Part shown: in pieces, positions 61,057-64,000 of the stretch
Position numbering within the stretch: position 1 is the stretch's first letter
Layout of the letters: each line of letters starts with the position of its first letter
Assembly: GCA_019057815.1 (NCBI GenBank)
Contig: JAHLWR010000007.1
Coordinates: 64,001 to 128,000 of the forward strand
Reading direction: 5' to 3'
Origin: Candidatus Heimdallarchaeota archaeon
Lineage (GTDB): Archaea; Asgardarchaeota; Heimdallarchaeia; Heimdallarchaeales; Heimdallarchaeaceae
Length of the DNA stretch: 64,000 nucleotides
Position numbers and translations under genes: made by a program
Notes under the pieces: model-generated
The model's input: the letters and a program-made list of their open reading frames with translations, nothing else
Told to the model about the DNA's origin: nothing
Databases searched by the model: none

Positions 61057-62112
61057 TTAATTCTTTCTCCTTCTAACTATCAATATTAAGAAACCAATCA
61101 CAGGAATAGCAAGCAAAGCTGACCAAGAAGCACTTACAGCATAACTAGCTGGATTTAAACCTACTAGTGGGTCATGTACCATTTTCAGTCCATCACCATA
61201 GTTAGGATAGACAAGTAGAATATTATGAACTTCTACACCAATGGTTCTACCATCTCCGATGTCTTTTTCAACACTGTAACTTGCTACAGTTGCAGTACAA
61301 TTAACCGTTTTCAGATAGTTATCTTCTGCATCATAGATATCTACTTCAGGTATCCAAGTGAAGTAACCTTGGATATTGTTTTTATCATCGCTGAATTCTA
61401 TACCATACCTTTCAGAATCATGAGTTCTGTTAGTTCTTCCTACTTCTGTTTCGTTTACACGATAACCTTCTTCTGGAGCGTTGACATGATTACCTTGTCT
61501 TACTCTGTGTCTATAATCAAGCTCATGAGCTTTTACTAGAAATATCAATCCTGTTGCTTCTGGAGAGAATATCCAATTATCAACAATGATATCAAATTTT
61601 ATTTCGTTTAAGGCTTGTTCGGAATAGTAGATAGTAGTACCATTTAGATCTCTTGTGACAACAGAATCTTCCAAATAAAGATGATAAGCAAAAGATATTG
61701 TTGCACCATTTGCTAATGTAGATGAGGTAATTGTTGCATGGAGGGCGTTTGTAGTATTCTCTGTAGTTAAAGTCCAATCAATTAATTCAGAATTAAGGCG
61801 GTATATCTTACCATCGACTTCATCTCTGCTATCAACTATTAAGTCATCACCAAAAAGTTCTGCAACAGCATAGAAACCAACGTGAAAAACAGGTATCCCC
61901 CTATTATTGCGGTTTGCGTTATTAAACCAGAAGAGCATATCAGGTCTTCCAGATGCAAGTTTTACAATTAAGTTAGAGGTTCGTAAAAAAACAGAACCTT
62001 CGCTTTGTTCAATTCTAGCTGCATCTTGAACGTCAGCTTGTACCGGAGGAACAATACTTAATACAACAACTAAAATCATTGAAGCGGTTAGTAATTCTCT
62101 TCTAAATTTCAA
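61057..62112 (-). CDS. Secreted surface protein with C-terminal anchor
   Basis: Signal peptide; EIKFDI.V.NW.F and YP......HDP..G motifs; TM + RRRKN. Confidence 0.75.
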   Translation of the reverse strand: MKFRRELLTASMILVVVLSIVPPVQADVQDAARIEQSEGSVFLRTSNLIVKLASGRPDMLFWFNNANRNNRGIPVFHVGFYAVAELFGDDLIVDSRDEVDGKIYRLNSELIDWTLTTENTTNALHATITSSTLANGATISFAYHLYLEDSVVTRDLNGTTIYYSEQALNEIKFDIIVDNWIFSPEATGLIFLVKAHELDYRHRVRQGNHVNAPEEGYRVNETEVGRTNRTHDSERYGIEFSDDKNNIQGYFTWIPEVDIYDAEDNYLKTVNCTATVASYSVEKDIGDGRTIGVEVHNILLVYPNYGDGLKMVHDPLVGLNPASYAVSASWSALLAIPVIGFLILIVRRRKN

Positions 62113-62154
62113 ATAATCACCATAATTAAGAAGGAGATGCTCTATTATGAAAGG

Positions 62155-62204
62155 TTATATTCAACCGTTGCATAACATTGCATAATCGTTGTGAAACGTT
62201 TCAC
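62155..62204 (-). promoter_or_regulatory. Putative operator (phased direct repeats plus palindrome) next to a TATA-like box
   Basis: CGTTGCATAA CATTGCATAA T CGTTGTGAAA; perfect palindrome GTGAAACGTTTCAC at 62191-62204. Confidence 0.55.
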
Positions 62205-63247
62205 TGAATCACTTCACTACCATCTTCAGTGAGGTAAACAACATAAGTTCTACCCCATTTTTCGCGTATTATTAAACCTCTCTCTTCCAGAGGAACAAGG
62301 TTTCGGCTTATTTTTGACTTCGAGAAACCTGTCACTTCACAAAGATCTTTTTGGGAGATTTTGCCTTGTTTCTCGTATATTAAACGTATCAAAAATTTCT
62401 GGTTTTCTGTTAACAATGATTGACCTAGTTTACTCTTAGTCTTTTTCTCTCTATATCTTATCATCCAAGATGTCCCACTAATTCCAAGAAAGAAACCTAT
62501 AATAGTTCCAAACATAAATATGTTGAAGTTATTTGAAAAAAACGTTGAGGGTTCTTCGATGATCAAGGGTTCATTAAATCTGACTATGAAGAGGGGATTT
62601 GCGAACTCTGTTACATTACTTAATTCCCAAGTCAAAATTATTCTATTCTGCTTCACTTCATCGTCGGCATTAGTTGGGTAAATAGGAATTACGCTTTCTG
62701 TTTCCTCATGAACAAAACTATTTGCTGGCAATTGCACTGACATTGTGTATTTTAATGTGAAAAAACTAATTGTTGAGACGAACTCGAAAGAGTAGTATGA
62801 CACTTCACTTGGTATTAAAGTTAGATCATAAAACAAATCATATCCCAATGTAAAAGTAGCAGAATCATCAGTTAGTAGGGAGAACCGAAAATAAACTGTT
62901 ACCTTATTACTGCTGTTAGTCACAGGAATCCAGTCAAAACTTAAACTCCCTTCAGCATCAGTAATTAATAATGAAGCTATTGATTGATTCACCCAAAGAG
63001 TGATAGATGATATTGGAATAATCTGAAGATTTTGAACTACAAATGTTTCTTTTACAATAATTACTGAAGTATCAAAAATATCTACTTCAGTTAGATGAGA
63101 ACGGATAAGTAAATCATCAGAATTTAGTGAAAAAACTCTTCCTGAGAAATCTATTTGGATTGCATTAGTAGACGTTACAGAGGTTATTGTAAAAAGTATA
63201 GTTAATAATAAAACTATCTTTTTTTCGAAACATCTATGGAATCTCAA
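62201..63247 (-). CDS. Membrane-anchored winged-helix regulator (extracellular domain-TM-wHTH)
   Basis: Signal/TM, extracellular region, TM, then LTENQ..LI..I....GKISQKDL...TGFSKSKISR.L..LEERGLI.REKWGRT. Confidence 0.8.
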   Translation of the reverse strand: MRFHRCFEKKIVLLLTILFTITSVTSTNAIQIDFSGRVFSLNSDDLLIRSHLTEVDIFDTSVIIVKETFVVQNLQIIPISSITLWVNQSIASLLITDAEGSLSFDWIPVTNSSNKVTVYFRFSLLTDDSATFTLGYDLFYDLTLIPSEVSYYSFEFVSTISFFTLKYTMSVQLPANSFVHEETESVIPIYPTNADDEVKQNRIILTWELSNVTEFANPLFIVRFNEPLIIEEPSTFFSNNFNIFMFGTIIGFFLGISGTSWMIRYREKKTKSKLGQSLLTENQKFLIRLIYEKQGKISQKDLCEVTGFSKSKISRNLVPLEERGLIIREKWGRTYVVYLTEDGSEVIQ

Positions 63248-63401
63248 GTTAGAAACGATTATTTATTCAAATAAATAAAACTTCCTTTTTAGATATATGA
63301 AAAAGAAGAAGTAAAGTTTTGATACATCATTAATTGACTGTTGGAAAATTAACAAAGCTTCTGCCATAAAGTATATATTATACTTGTTTTAGAAGAAAAC
63401 C

Positions 63402-63950
63402 ATGGCTTTCAGCTATTATCTCGCACACGCGCTCTTAGCTATGATATTCGCTCAACCAATGTTTCAGACATGCTCTTTTGCTCAAATCTGGGGAGGAGGT
63501 AAACCGATTGATGGAGGGAAGACATGGAAAGGAAAGAGAATTTTTGGAGATAATAAGACTTGGAAAGGTTTGATTGTTGGAACAATAGCTGGAACTATAA
63601 CGGGAATAGCAATAGGACTTATTTTCGACGGATGGTATTACTACTATGATTTCTTCCCCTTTGAGTATCCTCTTTACATTGGATTTGTGCTTTCAATAGG
63701 CACAAACATAGCTGACTTACTTGGATCATTTGTAAAAAGACAATTGAATATTGGATCAGGTGGAGCTTTCATACCTTGGGATCAAATGGGATATATTATT
63801 ATTGGAATCCTTCTAGCACTACCATTTCTATTTCCTATCGAGACAATTTTCTGGTTTTATTTTGGATTCCTTTCAATCTTTAACATCTTCATGCACTTCT
63901 TTGTAAGCGCTATAGCCTACAAACTAGGAGTAAAGAAAACATGGTATTAG
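63402..63950 (+). CDS. carS: CDP-archaeol synthase
   Basis: PIDGGK...GKRIFGDNKTWKG; DLLGSFVKR; P.WDQ; AYKLG.KK..Y. Confidence 0.9.
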   Translation: MAFSYYLAHALLAMIFAQPMFQTCSFAQIWGGGKPIDGGKTWKGKRIFGDNKTWKGLIVGTIAGTITGIAIGLIFDGWYYYYDFFPFEYPLYIGFVLSIGTNIADLLGSFVKRQLNIGSGGAFIPWDQMGYIIIGILLALPFLFPIETIFWFYFGFLSIFNIFMHFFVSAIAYKLGVKKTWY

Positions 63951-64000
63951 TTCTCTATTTCTTGAGTATTAATTCCTGCTTGTTTCAAATGATGAACATC

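Noticed and set aside
1416-61777. Numerous antisense or overlapping ORFs (e.g. 1416, 5446, 14178, 21349, 33097, 34051, 47907, 57926)
   Set aside because: They lie opposite or inside well-supported genes and show S/F/I-rich antisense composition without motifs

Overview
AT-rich archaeal chromosome segment, most likely from an Asgard archaeon of the Heimdallarchaeia type. This is inferred from carS, a geranylgeranyl reductase, mtd, kynU, a nurA-herA-mre11-rad50 operon and many C-terminally anchored surface proteins. No rRNA, tRNA or CRISPR array was seen. The first ~10 kb is an accessory island with small virus/plasmid-like ORFs, three PD-(D/E)XK-like nucleases, a HEPN protein and a TFB-like fragment. 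The rest mixes housekeeping genes with duplicated surface-protein genes (two Tyr-rich Ig-like proteins, three arylsulfotransferase-like genes, two beta-helix proteins), a HEPN-MNT toxin-antitoxin pair, a fused double UvrA and a convergent methyltransferase-nuclease pair. The most striking unexplained structure is a 348-bp GC-rich, hairpin-packed insertion (26135-26482). It has imperfect terminal inverted repeats and a CATG duplication, and it splits a serine-hydrolase-fold gene whose frame is restored exactly on removal. Other leads are a candidate multi-stem ncRNA (~43700-43840), PCNA-binding (PIP)-like tails on an R-M pair and an island protein, and a membrane-anchored wHTH regulator with a repeat-rich operator. 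All calls come from reading the sequence; no searches were run.
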